From a virus (lineage: Duplodnaviria > Caudoviricetes), in IMG/VR virus record IMGVR_UViG_3300027819_000001, positions 1 through 64,000 of that record: a stretch of 64,000 bases of DNA, one strand, 5' to 3'. The notes below the pieces were generated by a model, which had not been told where the DNA came from, searched no databases, and saw only the letters and a program-made list of their open reading frames with translations. Below, piece after piece: positions 6,742-17,640 of the stretch (the stretch's first letter is position 1; every line of letters begins with the position of its first letter). The translations under genes and the position numbers were made by a program.

Positions 6742-9700
6742 GACTCAACCTGCGCTGCCTCAACCTGGGGAGCCTGTTGCCTCCAAGCCTGCCTCTCCGG
6801 GTGGAGAAGCGGGAGAGGGAACGACCGCGACGATTCGACCCACGGGACAACCCGATACGATTCTGGTTACCGATGCGGGAGCGTTGGATGGCATTTACAT
6901 TGGACCTTTCGCTATCAACGCCTTGGCTTCCTTGCTCCCTGGCTACAAACCCGACGTTCTTCCCAACAAGTGACGCCGCGTGCTGGAACTTCTCTTCCAC
7001 ACCCTGCATCAATGCGCGTTCTGACGGGTTCATCCTCGTCAGAACTTCTTCCTTCTGCTCTTCTGTAAGCCGACTCTTGAACGCTCGCGAATACGGGTTA
7101 CGACTCGTGAACGCCTGCGCGACGGACTCTTCCGGCTTGGACTTCCCCATCTTCCTGGCCACTTCCACCGCTTCACCGTAAATCTGCATGAACCCGGCAT
7201 CATCCCCACGCATGGCCGCATTCAGCAGCCGTTCCCCGTAGGGCGTGAGTTCGGTCGCTGTCCTTGTCGGACCCCTCATCGGCTCGGCCAATAGCTCCTG
7301 GGGGCCATAGCGCGTCAATAAACGCCTAGCGTTGAGAGCCTCGACACTCCCGTCCATGCCAGGCAACCGGTTGATCACTGCTCCGGACAAAGGAACCACC
7401 GCTTTCACCAGGTTGGAAAGACCGTAGGTCATGTCCCCGGTCTTCATCACGTTACCAAGGTATTGGATGAACTGTGTCGCCCGGTTCAGGATGAATAGGT
7501 TCGGATCCAGAGAAGCCCGGTTCGGCATGTCGTTCAGTCCGGCATTAACGATGGTGGCAATGAACGGTATCTTGCTGACGGCATCCAGAGCGATACCGAT
7601 GGACTTAGATTTGAACCCTTCCCTCTCCCACCATTGTCTTGTGGGGCGTTTCTCTCCTCCGATGAACCAGTTGAATAGGCGGACAAGCTCCTCCGTTATC
7701 TCCTGGTAACCACCGCCAACAGCCATGGCGATGACAAGTCCCATGAACGGGATGGCCCACAGCTTGACCAGGCTGGCCTGAGGATCCCGAGATGCCCTGG
7801 ACGTGTATCGAGCCCAATTGTGAAGTGTCTTCGCGTTCCATCCAAGGAACGGGGAGAACACCTGCCACAAAGGATCCTTCCTTCGAAACGAGAGAGGGCG
7901 GTTCAGAACAGTCTTCTTGTTGCTCTCTTGGGCAGCGAGATCAGCCATGATCAAAGCCTCGTTTCGATCCAGCAAGGTTGCCTTCTTGTTTCCTGCCTCA
8001 AGCTTTGCCATGAGTCTCGCCGCCGCGTAGTCAATCGTGACACCGCCTGAGTCGAACCACTGCCGAAGCATTGCCATCGGTGTCTCGGTGACGGTTGGAC
8101 CGCTGCCGTACAACTCCTGGGCAGAGAGCGTATTCTTCGTGTCGTTCGGGTTGGCCAGGTTGAATCGAGTGTCGAGCGTGCCAAGTTTCTTGTGTTCGTT
8201 GTAGAGCTTCCGAACGTTCTCCTCGATCATCTTGATGATCCCCAAGGCGCGTTCGCTGGTGTTCTGATTGATGAACGCGTCGCTGGACTGGATCAACGCC
8301 TCAATCGGTTTCGATAATCCTTCGATGAATCCAAGTGGGCCTGTGAAAATCTTTGCCAATGCGCTTTGATCATCCGTCATGATCTGACCGCCAGTGGTTG
8401 GCATCGACAGCAGCGCCTTCATCTCGTCGTAGACAGACTGGTCAACGCTCAACCCAGCATCCTGAAGCTCCTGCATTATCCCGATCCTGTTGACAGCCTT
8501 GTCGGTTATCTCCTCGATCAGTGGCCTGAGGTTTCTCTCCGCAATAGACCTGTGTATTCCCTTCGCTCCGCCCCACAGAACGCTGGCAAGAATCTGAATG
8601 CTTCGCCCGAACTGTGTTCCAGCAGCCTTCCCGTAGTTGGTGACGAGTCCGTTCGTGATGGAGTTGAGGAACTGTCCGGCGTTGAAGGCGCCGCCCCCCA
8701 TGTTGTTGATGACGAATTGGGTTGATGTCATTGCCAGGCGCACGAGTGCGGAGATCGGCCTTCGGATACCGCGATTGAGTTCCGTGTCCAGATTGTTTGT
8801 GGCCTCCGAACCAAGCGTGTCCTCAAATGTTTTGATCGCCTTGGTCAATCGCGTGATCTTGCCAGAAACGTTGTCCCAGTCATCGTACGTCTTGCCGAGG
8901 CGGACAAGCAATCGTTGTTCTTTCTCCGCCTGCTTCTTGGCCGTCCGCTCTGGCACATTCCGCTCGTTGATGATCTCCCGGATCCTGGTGGCAAGCTCTG
9001 GCTGCACCCGGTCTTCCAAATCAGCCAATGCCTTTTTAAGGCTCTGCGCAAGTCGCGTGGCATAGTAGGACGGCATCGAGTAAACAACGGCCTGGAAGCT
9101 CCCGCTGTCCGGGAACCCGGTGCGATAGAACCAGGCTGGCGCGATCTTCTTTTCCCTGGCCTTGGTGAAAGATGTCTTCTCCTCTTCGGACACGTACTCC
9201 TGTGAGGTTTTGCCAACGAACTGCTTGGCCATCGTCCCAAGGAATGTATCGAATTCAGACATCAAAGCCGAACGAACTGCGGATTCTTCCAATGTTGGAT
9301 TGTCTTTCAAAACTTCCCTGACCAGCCAATCCATGTTCTGGTTCGAAAGCGGGAGACCGAACGCCATCCATTCCGGAGTCGTTCCTTTCGTTCCACGTCC
9401 AGCTTTCAAGTCCGCTGCAAGTCTGGAGTACGTCTTCTCAAACTGAGACGGTCCGGTGATCCGTTGGGAACTGCGGTCCATCATGTAGCTCGTAACGAAC
9501 GGATGGAAGAACGTGTCCAGCAGTCCCCACCTTTTTGCGGGCGCTTGCTCAGACGCCCAGTCCTTCGACAGTTGCACAGCATCAGGGTTGAACGTTCTTG
9601 GGAGAGTGTTCTTGGTGATCGGAGCGGATGACACCACCGCCGCTGTGTCTCCAGCCTTAAACCTGACAGGGAGCACACCAGCCTCTTCACGTCCGACAGT

Positions 9701-12700
9701 GACGCCACTACCGGTTGCAGCGTAGAGTTGCCGTGATGCCGCAGTGTTGGCACGCAAAGCTTCCATGTCCTCTTTCGTTATCTTGTAACCAACCCCAATC
9801 GGTCTCCCTTCCTCCGGACCTCCCTCTTCATTCTGCCATTCGTCGTAAAGGAACCTTCCCACTTCTTCGTACCATCTCTTGCCCCCTTGGTTATCCGCCT
9901 TGAATCCGTGGGACTTTGCAGCAGCCAACTGCGCTTCGGTGATCAAAGCGTGGTGCTTAGAGAAGGCATTACTCGCCAGTTCGTATGCTCTTGCGAATGC
10001 GTTGGCTGAAACCGTGACGATACCCTTCCACCGAGTCCCGATGTCATTGATGACAGCCTGGAGCAGGTCCATCGTGTGGTACTTGTCACCACCAAGAGCG
10101 CGTAGTACCGGGTTCATCTTCAACTGGGCTGGAGCGGTGACCCTGGTTCCACGTAGAACATTATCCACCTTGTTCTGGATCCTTGCCCAGTAAAGTCTTT
10201 CCACGTCATCAGCGTTCTGGTTCTCGGCCATCCAATCGGTGATTGATTGGGAGAACTTCTCCAGCTTCTCAAGCTCTCCAGCGAACTTGGACTCGTCCCC
10301 AAACAGGGTAACGGTGATGGCCTCACCATCCGGTCCAACCAAATGCATCAGGTCCAGGTTGTCCGGGTCCTGTGAAGCCGCCTTGTCCGGCCTGGCTTCA
10401 CTTCCGCTCTCATCGTGAACCAACTTCTCGAAAGCCTTGGTGTCTGGATCATTCAGAACCGACTCAGCCATGTCCGATGCAATCTGGGATTGCTCAAAGT
10501 TCTCTGCCATCCTCACCAGCTTGGCGTTTGCTGCTCTCCACGCTGCCTTGGCCTTCTCAGCTTGCGTGGCAAAGCGTCCCACGTCCTTCAGGATCGATCG
10601 TACCGCCTTTTCCGGGTTCTCCTTCATCTGCTCCGCCAACTCTTGCTGGAAGGCATCGTAGTCGTTCTTCACCCCCTCGCTCTCCGACAGCAACGACAGA
10701 GCAATGATGTCCCGCGTTTTCTCGCGATGCTCCGACAGGACACGTGCCGCCATCTCAACAACCATGTCGATGGGCCTGCCTTCTGGCTCAAGCCGCTTGT
10801 ATTCCTGGATGATCCATTCCGGTGGAGCGCCGTCGTACAGGTAATCCAGGACCTCTTGAGACTTGCCACCAATCTTGGTCGATCCACTCCTCCGCATCGC
10901 CGACACAATCCTACGGACTGCGCTGATCACTGCCTCTGTGTAACCCAGCTTCTTCTTCTCGATCTCGATCTGCCGTTGCAATGCGGCGCCACGCTCCTCG
11001 CCAGCACCTTCGACGCGAGCCTGTTGGGTCAACAGTTCCTGAGCAGCGGTGATGTTCTCGGTGGTGTCATCGATGAACTGTTGCTTGAGTTGATCGAGCA
11101 CCAGCTTGGCCATCGGTTCCGCCTGTTGAGTCAATTTCGCTCGTTCCTTAACCTTGGCATCCGACTTCATCTCCTCCTCAAGCTTCTGATGCTCGGTGAT
11201 GATCGCATTCAAGCCACGTTTCAATCTCAGGAGATTCTCCCACGCTTCCCTGGCTCGAACCTGTGTCAACGTGGTGCCAGCCAGTTCAACCATCTGCTCT
11301 TGAAAATCTTGTGCCGTAGGCAGCACGGACAGGGCCTCACCCTGCATCCTGGCAAGGTCTGTGTATCCCATCCTCATGAGCGCCTTCTGAACTGCCTTGG
11401 CAGAGTCGCTCGTTATCGTTGCCGTTGCACCGGCTGGAATAGCCTTCTCCAAAGCCTTCACCAGGAACGACACCTGGGACGTGATCGCTTTGGCTGTCGT
11501 TACCTCAGGAGATTCTGACGGCAATGATGGTCCCATTGGAAATGCCGGTCCAGTTGGACCAGACATATCAGGGCGCGTTCGCGCAATCCGCATCTCCGTG
11601 GCAGCTTCCTCGGGTGTGGTCACCAACATACCCGCTCGTTCCTGGCTCGATTGTCCAATGGCAGGATTCACTCGGAACTTACCGCTCCTCATCTCCCGGA
11701 GGATCTGCGCCATATTCGGATTCTTTCCGAAGGCTCTGCTCAACGCGTCAACGAAATGTTGCCAGAGTTCTTTCACCCGAGCCCATACCGCCGCCATTGG
11801 TCCGGCTTGTTGTGCCGCCGAAAACCTCGATAGCTCAGCGCCGGTGTAATGGTGTGATGCGTACTCGTTCGCGTTGGACAGGTGGTAATCCTCAATCTTG
11901 ACCAAGCCGCGTTGCAATGCCGCCCGGAACTGCTCGGTGGTCATTCCTCGAACGAATAGATCGGATACCTTGTCCCCGAACCGCGCTCTCAAAGCCTCTT
12001 GCCGGGCTTGCTCGATCACCTGCTTGTCTCCTTCCGGAAGTACCGCAAAGAACGCGTGCTGTATCTCGTGAGGAATGTCTTCCGGTCGCGCCTTGGCTGT
12101 AAGTTCAATCCCCCTTGCAAGGCTGTAAGCTGCCTTTAAACCCTCCGGTCCGCGATTGAGTAGGACAATCCGCAGCCCTTCCAGTCCTGGAGTCTTCAGA
12201 ATGTGGGCGAAAAAAGCTCTGGTCTCCGGAGTGAAACCGTGTTGTGGATCGTTCACCATCGTGAGGATTGCCACTGGCCCAGTCGCTTCGGCAATCGTGG
12301 TCGCCAATGGTGGTGTCGCTTCGCTGACCGCCTTGTCTATGTGCGCCCGCGTCATCTCCGCAAGAGGATCTATTTGGCCGACGATTGGCTGTCCTGCAAG
12401 AGGCGGCACAGGCAGGGTCTGTGCCTGCGCCGGACTCGTCAGTACTTGCTGCCGAATGGCATCGGCTTGCCCTGCTTGGGCTTGCCCTTGGATTTGGCCT
12501 TCGGTTTGGTTTTGGGTTTGTCTCCCATCGATATCACCGCCTTTCTCTAAAGTCTGCTGAGCACCGAGCGCCTGCGCTTCTTGGGCTTGGAGCGGTTGCC
12601 CCGTTGGACTCGGAGCACGATTGCCAGCTTCTCCTCCCGTGATCTGAGCTTGCCCCGCTTGCTGCGCCCCAGTTCCCGGTAATTTTTGGCTAGGGCTTCC

Positions 12701-14182
12701 TGGCTGCTGGATTGAATCAATGGCATTGGCTTCTCCTGGTTGTGTTCCGCGTGGAACATTGACCTGTCCTGTGAATGGATCGATTACACCTTCTCCGGTT
12801 CCCATCGCTGTCTGGCCCTGGTTCGACAGGTCCTTGAACATGGCCATGGTACGATCGAGCCCTCCAACATCCTTGCTGGCATCGAGCAAAGCCTGAAAGG
12901 CAACCTCCGCAGCCTGGATGTCATCGGCCTTCTCAAATCTCCGAACAACGTTCTCTTTCTCCCTCTGCGCCTTGGCTGCTGGCAATGCCTGGGCTCTGGC
13001 CACTTTGTTCATGGCCGTCTGCATCGTGGTGGTCATCGGTGCGATACCGGTACCACCCAAAAGTCCAAGCGTAGCTGCATTCAGGATCCGCCAGGCATTC
13101 TCGGAGTTGACCGCATCATAGGTGCGATCAGCGAACTTGTTGGCCGCGATGCTCACCAACTCTTGCAACCCTTCCGTGGTGAACTCGATACCTCCAGCCT
13201 TGGGCACTTCCTTCACAGTCTCGGAAACCAGATGCCTCCAAAGACGCTTCTTAACCGGACCGGTCGTCTCGTCAAAATACTTTCCCAGGACTCTCAGCGG
13301 TGTGGCAACCTCCAAAGCACCAGAGACACCACCGGACAGAGCCGCGATCTCCGGAGCTTCCTTGCCCGTCTCCTCCCGGATACCCCTGAAGTTACCACCC
13401 ATCTCCTGGATCCCAGCAGGTATCGCCGCCGCACCACCTGAGATCAGGGTAGCTGCCTTCGACCCGGCTCCAGCCAGTTGAGCCATCCTCCCTGCGAATC
13501 CCCCCGGAATTGCCATTAGAGCGATCTGAGGGATGATCTGCCCCAAAGCCTTGGCCATCACATCAGGAACGTCCTGGAGGCCCTTTACGTCGCGCAAATC
13601 CTCTATCTCAACGGGGATGGCCTTCGCTGTCTCGGATGCAATGTCTCCTGCCTTCTTGGCTGCTTCCTTGAACCGGCTGCTGGCGATGATCTCATCCGCC
13701 ATCTGAGCCACTGGTCCTCCAATGACACCACCAGCGAACCGTGACAAGGCTCTGCCGACCACAGGGTGCTTCTGACGCAGAGATGAAAGAGTCTCGGCAG
13801 CACCGGCAACACTCTCTCCGATGCCAGCCGTCCCCCTGGCAAGTTCCCGCCCAAGCGTTGATCCTGCTACCGCACCAGCCATAGGACCATAATCCCGTCT
13901 TAGGCCGGATTGGAACTGCTCAACATCACCACGTCGTTGTGCTCTGGCTATCTCCCGATCCACGCCTGAGAGAGGCCCTCGCGCTTGGAACTCCTCCAAA
14001 GGCACAAGATCCTCAACACGTGGCGTCTTTGGAGGGGGAACAAGGCCAGGAGCGTCGATGCCTATCCTACCATTGAGCACGTAGGAATTGACAGGACTGC
14101 CCGATAGGACCGGTTGAGTCGAAAGAAAGTCGTCTAACGGTACCAGGTCTTCAAGGGCCGGTAACTGGGACTGGTTGGCCAT
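6728..14182 (-). CDS. Giant internal virion/DNA-ejection (polyvalent-type) protein, 2484 aa
   Basis: Last gene of tail block; Gly/Ala hydrophobic segments, HEIQH zincin-like motif, coiled coils, Arg-rich C-terminus. Confidence 0.75.
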   Translation of the reverse strand: MANQSQLPALEDLVPLDDFLSTQPVLSGSPVNSYVLNGRIGIDAPGLVPPPKTPRVEDLVPLEEFQARGPLSGVDREIARAQRRGDVEQFQSGLRRDYGPMAGAVAGSTLGRELARGTAGIGESVAGAAETLSSLRQKHPVVGRALSRFAGGVIGGPVAQMADEIIASSRFKEAAKKAGDIASETAKAIPVEIEDLRDVKGLQDVPDVMAKALGQIIPQIALMAIPGGFAGRMAQLAGAGSKAATLISGGAAAIPAGIQEMGGNFRGIREETGKEAPEIAALSGGVSGALEVATPLRVLGKYFDETTGPVKKRLWRHLVSETVKEVPKAGGIEFTTEGLQELVSIAANKFADRTYDAVNSENAWRILNAATLGLLGGTGIAPMTTTMQTAMNKVARAQALPAAKAQREKENVVRRFEKADDIQAAEVAFQALLDASKDVGGLDRTMAMFKDLSNQGQTAMGTGEGVIDPFTGQVNVPRGTQPGEANAIDSIQQPGSPSQKLPGTGAQQAGQAQITGGEAGNRAPSPTGQPLQAQEAQALGAQQTLEKGGDIDGRQTQNQTEGQIQGQAQAGQADAIRQQVLTSPAQAQTLPVPPLAGQPIVGQIDPLAEMTRAHIDKAVSEATPPLATTIAEATGPVAILTMVNDPQHGFTPETRAFFAHILKTPGLEGLRIVLLNRGPEGLKAAYSLARGIELTAKARPEDIPHEIQHAFFAVLPEGDKQVIEQARQEALRARFGDKVSDLFVRGMTTEQFRAALQRGLVKIEDYHLSNANEYASHHYTGAELSRFSAAQQAGPMAAVWARVKELWQHFVDALSRAFGKNPNMAQILREMRSGKFRVNPAIGQSSQERAGMLVTTPEEAATEMRIARTRPDMSGPTGPAFPMGPSLPSESPEVTTAKAITSQVSFLVKALEKAIPAGATATITSDSAKAVQKALMRMGYTDLARMQGEALSVLPTAQDFQEQMVELAGTTLTQVRAREAWENLLRLKRGLNAIITEHQKLEEEMKSDAKVKERAKLTQQAEPMAKLVLDQLKQQFIDDTTENITAAQELLTQQARVEGAGEERGAALQRQIEIEKKKLGYTEAVISAVRRIVSAMRRSGSTKIGGKSQEVLDYLYDGAPPEWIIQEYKRLEPEGRPIDMVVEMAARVLSEHREKTRDIIALSLLSESEGVKNDYDAFQQELAEQMKENPEKAVRSILKDVGRFATQAEKAKAAWRAANAKLVRMAENFEQSQIASDMAESVLNDPDTKAFEKLVHDESGSEARPDKAASQDPDNLDLMHLVGPDGEAITVTLFGDESKFAGELEKLEKFSQSITDWMAENQNADDVERLYWARIQNKVDNVLRGTRVTAPAQLKMNPVLRALGGDKYHTMDLLQAVINDIGTRWKGIVTVSANAFARAYELASNAFSKHHALITEAQLAAAKSHGFKADNQGGKRWYEEVGRFLYDEWQNEEGGPEEGRPIGVGYKITKEDMEALRANTAASRQLYAATGSGVTVGREEAGVLPVRFKAGDTAAVVSSAPITKNTLPRTFNPDAVQLSKDWASEQAPAKRWGLLDTFFHPFVTSYMMDRSSQRITGPSQFEKTYSRLAADLKAGRGTKGTTPEWMAFGLPLSNQNMDWLVREVLKDNPTLEESAVRSALMSEFDTFLGTMAKQFVGKTSQEYVSEEEKTSFTKAREKKIAPAWFYRTGFPDSGSFQAVVYSMPSYYATRLAQSLKKALADLEDRVQPELATRIREIINERNVPERTAKKQAEKEQRLLVRLGKTYDDWDNVSGKITRLTKAIKTFEDTLGSEATNNLDTELNRGIRRPISALVRLAMTSTQFVINNMGGGAFNAGQFLNSITNGLVTNYGKAAGTQFGRSIQILASVLWGGAKGIHRSIAERNLRPLIEEITDKAVNRIGIMQELQDAGLSVDQSVYDEMKALLSMPTTGGQIMTDDQSALAKIFTGPLGFIEGLSKPIEALIQSSDAFINQNTSERALGIIKMIEENVRKLYNEHKKLGTLDTRFNLANPNDTKNTLSAQELYGSGPTVTETPMAMLRQWFDSGGVTIDYAAARLMAKLEAGNKKATLLDRNEALIMADLAAQESNKKTVLNRPLSFRRKDPLWQVFSPFLGWNAKTLHNWARYTSRASRDPQASLVKLWAIPFMGLVIAMAVGGGYQEITEELVRLFNWFIGGEKRPTRQWWEREGFKSKSIGIALDAVSKIPFIATIVNAGLNDMPNRASLDPNLFILNRATQFIQYLGNVMKTGDMTYGLSNLVKAVVPLSGAVINRLPGMDGSVEALNARRLLTRYGPQELLAEPMRGPTRTATELTPYGERLLNAAMRGDDAGFMQIYGEAVEVARKMGKSKPEESVAQAFTSRNPYSRAFKSRLTEEQKEEVLTRMNPSERALMQGVEEKFQHAASLVGKNVGFVAREQGSQGVDSERSNVNAIQRSRIGNQNRIGLSRGSNRRGRSLSRFSTRRGRLGGNRLPRLRQRRLSLRRL

Positions 14183-15374
14183 TGACGATTCTGTACATCA
14201 AACGAGTTGATGGGTCCACGTAAATTGTGGCAGGCGACACGTTGCCAATACCTGATTGAGTCGCCGGAACACCACCACCACGGAGCAGAGCATCGATAGC
14301 AGCGGGGGTGACTTCTCCCCCAGCCATAGGCATCGGACCCACATCAGATTGCACAAATGGATTGACTTGCGCTGGGACTGCACGCGGAGGTTGATAAAAC
14401 CCAGTTGTGCCACCAACTCCTCCCATGTTTGGAAGTGCTGGCGTTGGCGCACCGCCGCCAAGAATAGAAAATGGATTGATGTTTGGAATCCCAGATGTGG
14501 CACCTAATGCTGCTGACACTGCTGGCTCAGAAACTCCCTGGTCTATCATCGCTCGATTCTCGGAACCGATACGCTTCCTTATTGGGAAGTATTTCCCGTT
14601 CTCATCTACGCCGAAAGTGTTAAGGAAGTCCTTGCCTTCGAAATGTTTCGTGGCCCGTTCGAGTCTGGCCTTTTCCTTAAGAAGTTCGGGTAGTTTATTG
14701 CTGGCTTCTCTCGACGATGGCCATACCCACCCAGACTTTTTTTGAAGTTCTGGTATCTCGATGTCCAATTCCTGTAAGCGATTCAGCATCTTCGCTGCCG
14801 CTTCGTCGGACTGGGCATTCTTGTTATGCGTGTCTCGATTTGCCAGTGATGCCGTCATCAATGCCGCCGACTCCTCAGGACTGTATCCAAGGTCCTCACC
14901 CATCTTCATGCTAAACTGTCCGTTGGCAACAGCGTCCTCCGCCATCACAGCTTTAAGCTTGCTCCTGGCGGTGTCCACTTTCGGGGTGAGTCCATTCACC
15001 AGGTCGTTTGAGAAAACATTCGCCCAGTGCTGCTCTTGGACATCCGCGTTCCGTTTCGCAATGGCCTCTTGTTGAGCCAGGGCTTTGTCGTGGTAGAGAT
15101 TCAACGCTGCCGCTTCAGACCGTCGATCTCCAAGAACCGAATTCCGATAGGCCATCTCTGCCGCGTCGTTACCACGGTTACGGAGCATCTCCTCCGCGTA
15201 CTTCTGCCTGGCGAACTGCTGCTGCTCCTTCTGCTGCTGTTGTTCTCCGAAGTGCTGGATGGCAGCAACGGTCGCCGCGAGGTTCTGTTGTCTGGCTTGC
15301 TCCTGTTGCGCTGCCGCCGCCATCATCTGGCGGGACACGTCACCGAATGAATCTCCTGCAAAGTCCCAGGTCAT
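14151..15374 (-). CDS. Probable internal virion/ejection protein
   Basis: Gln/Ala-rich helical N-terminus, Gly/Pro-rich C-terminus; position. Confidence 0.6.
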   Translation of the reverse strand: MTWDFAGDSFGDVSRQMMAAAAQQEQARQQNLAATVAAIQHFGEQQQQKEQQQFARQKYAEEMLRNRGNDAAEMAYRNSVLGDRRSEAAALNLYHDKALAQQEAIAKRNADVQEQHWANVFSNDLVNGLTPKVDTARSKLKAVMAEDAVANGQFSMKMGEDLGYSPEESAALMTASLANRDTHNKNAQSDEAAAKMLNRLQELDIEIPELQKKSGWVWPSSREASNKLPELLKEKARLERATKHFEGKDFLNTFGVDENGKYFPIRKRIGSENRAMIDQGVSEPAVSAALGATSGIPNINPFSILGGGAPTPALPNMGGVGGTTGFYQPPRAVPAQVNPFVQSDVGPMPMAGGEVTPAAIDALLRGGGVPATQSGIGNVSPATIYVDPSTRLMYRIVNGQPVPVTGP

Positions 15375-16297
15375 TGGAACATCGAATAGTTAAACGTTGA
15401 TGGCGATGGCGATGAGCCAAAAGAGTAACCACCAAGAGTATAAGGACCGCCAGCCAGTCCGGAACCACCACCGGTGAATGTCGATGGCGCTGATCCCATA
15501 AAATCGACGCTGCCTTTAGGAAGCGCACCACCCATCCCGCCCATTCCTCCCATCATTCCCATCACCGAGCTTCCGATCTGAATGTCCTCTCCAAGACTCT
15601 TCTGCAATCCATTTAGAACTCCAATGGCTGTGTCCCATCCGGTCTTAACAGGCGCCAGACCATAGAAATTGTTCGCCTGGTCAAGCCCGAGCAGTTGAGC
15701 CAGCGATGATCCGAGTCTGGATGACTCAGCATTGCGCACGCCCATCGGCACTAGCGAGGCCATAGCACCGGCATCAGCCAGAGCATTGCGCTTCCCGAGA
15801 TTGCCCACTCGCATCTGTTCAAGGAAACCGAGATCGCCCCTGGCAGCGTCCGCATCAGAGACGGCATACCGAGCCATCAATGGCGCAATCGCCTTCGTTG
15901 TGATCGCCCGGTTGTAGCTGCCATCCCCTCCCGGTCGAATAAGACTGTTGGCTTTGATCTGCCCAAGAGCCGTGAGTTTATCGACGTTCAACGCATCCGA
16001 AAGAGCTTTACCTCTCTGTGCCCTGAGACCAGCGAGAACCCTGGCCATGTCCCCATTGTAGTAACGATCAAGAGCGCCGATATCCGACGCTGTTCTTTCC
16101 TGCCTTTGGGGAGCTAGGGAAGAAAATAGCTGGGAGAATTCCTCAATATCTCCAGCGTTCTTAGCTTTGCCGGTGGAGTAGTCGGAGGTTAGTCCTTGGA
16201 TCAGCGATTCAAGGGCTGAGTTCTTTGTGTTCCGGAGCGTTTTGTATTCACGTTCCGGAGCGAAGGCTCCAATGACATCTGCCAGTCCACCAAACAT
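15371..16297 (-). CDS. Probable DNA pilot/ejection protein
   Basis: Ala/Gly-rich, GMMGGMGGMGG segment; position. Confidence 0.6.
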   Translation of the reverse strand: MFGGLADVIGAFAPEREYKTLRNTKNSALESLIQGLTSDYSTGKAKNAGDIEEFSQLFSSLAPQRQERTASDIGALDRYYNGDMARVLAGLRAQRGKALSDALNVDKLTALGQIKANSLIRPGGDGSYNRAITTKAIAPLMARYAVSDADAARGDLGFLEQMRVGNLGKRNALADAGAMASLVPMGVRNAESSRLGSSLAQLLGLDQANNFYGLAPVKTGWDTAIGVLNGLQKSLGEDIQIGSSVMGMMGGMGGMGGALPKGSVDFMGSAPSTFTGGGSGLAGGPYTLGGYSFGSSPSPSTFNYSMFQ

Positions 16298-16340
16298 ATT
16301 GCATTACTCCAATACATCAGGCGGGATACGGAAGCAACGA

Positions 16341-16865
16341 CTAAGTGTTTTCCTCCCGGATCATGAAAAACAGGAAATCGAGTATGGCTGGTGGAATCGT
16401 GGCCCCGCCTGGCCGGACATCCTTCATGGAGAATCGATGCGGTGTGACCGTCCGCTTTGTTGCCAGCAGCTTGCCCCACTCGGAGTCTGGATCAGGAATG
16501 AAGTTCTGATCACCCTCTGGCGAAAGCCCAAGAGCCTTGCAGCACTCCAGATATCCTGCCTCTTGTTTTGGATCTGGCAATGCTCCACTTTCCCCATCAA
16601 CAGCAGTGATAGCGGCCAACGCGGCCAACCGCTTGGCCTCCAATTGCTTCCTGATCAGGTCCGCCGCCTCGTAGTGCTCCTTCAAGCGCCGGTTCGTAAC
16701 GGTCATGGCATAGCTGACATCGTTCCCAACATCGTAAACCATCTGATTTGCCTTTGGATGGCCGGGTTCATACAGGCGATTCAGGAAGCCGTAGGCAAAC
16801 CGGAACTCAAGGATCTGCTTCGTGGTGAGATCGACCGTCTTTGGTTCTTTGGATTCTTCGCTCAT
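16341..16865 (-). CDS. Hypothetical protein
   Basis: Start refined to MSEESK (ATGA overlap). Confidence 0.7.
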   Translation of the reverse strand: MSEESKEPKTVDLTTKQILEFRFAYGFLNRLYEPGHPKANQMVYDVGNDVSYAMTVTNRRLKEHYEAADLIRKQLEAKRLAALAAITAVDGESGALPDPKQEAGYLECCKALGLSPEGDQNFIPDPDSEWGKLLATKRTVTPHRFSMKDVRPGGATIPPAILDFLFFMIREENT

Positions 16866-17578
16866 TGGAATTCTCCTTCTTCTTTGCGACGTTGGTATTC
16901 TTCGCTGTCCTGCCAAGCTTTCTCACCCTTCCATGTCTCGAACGCCAGCTTGAGCTTGGCGATGTCCGCCGCGCTTTCCTGCTCCAGCCATTGCTGGAAG
17001 CGTTGCTCATCGGCCTTGAAGCTGTAACTGGCTGGCATGACGGATCGCCCGGATCGGCCCTGGTGATGGTGGATCAACACCTCTGGATGGTACCTCCCGC
17101 AGCCCGAGCCATCGCTCAGCACCTTCCAGACGCCATCGATGAAGTGATGCTTGAGGCCAACCAGGCACCACCAGCCCATCGTCTCGACGAACTTGCGGTG
17201 GACAACAGGATGCGTCGGAAGATCAGCGCCACGCTTTCCGTCATCTCCCCATACGATCCAGTGGTCGAATAAAGATCGAGCGAACGTTTCATCCCATCCA
17301 ACCGAGCAGAACTGTAGGTCGTCTGCGCAGAGCATGAACGCATCATCCTCAGATTCCTTGGCGCATTGTTCCAGCGACCCGGCTAGGCCGATCCGCTCAT
17401 CCACAATGAACGTGTCGTATGTCTTGTAGGCCATCAGGAGAGGATCGTCTCTGTCGAGGCGGATAATGAGATCAGTGTCATCTTCGGTTCGTGTGGCCAA
17501 GAAGGAACCGATAGTCAGGCCAGCTTCGAATGGCCTTTCTCGGGTGGGGAGGCAGCAAAGTATTGTCGGATGTTTCAT
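16862..17578 (-). CDS. GT2-like glycosyltransferase
   Basis: ILCCLPTRER, IIRLDRDD, FMLCADD (DxD), KHHFID, LIHHH. Confidence 0.8.
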   Translation of the reverse strand: MKHPTILCCLPTRERPFEAGLTIGSFLATRTEDDTDLIIRLDRDDPLLMAYKTYDTFIVDERIGLAGSLEQCAKESEDDAFMLCADDLQFCSVGWDETFARSLFDHWIVWGDDGKRGADLPTHPVVHRKFVETMGWWCLVGLKHHFIDGVWKVLSDGSGCGRYHPEVLIHHHQGRSGRSVMPASYSFKADEQRFQQWLEQESAADIAKLKLAFETWKGEKAWQDSEEYQRRKEEGEFQ

Positions 17579-17640
17579 CAGTCGCCGTAGCCGTTAATCA
17601 CGATGAACGTGGCATCATCAAGAGATGCTGTCGAGAGAAA

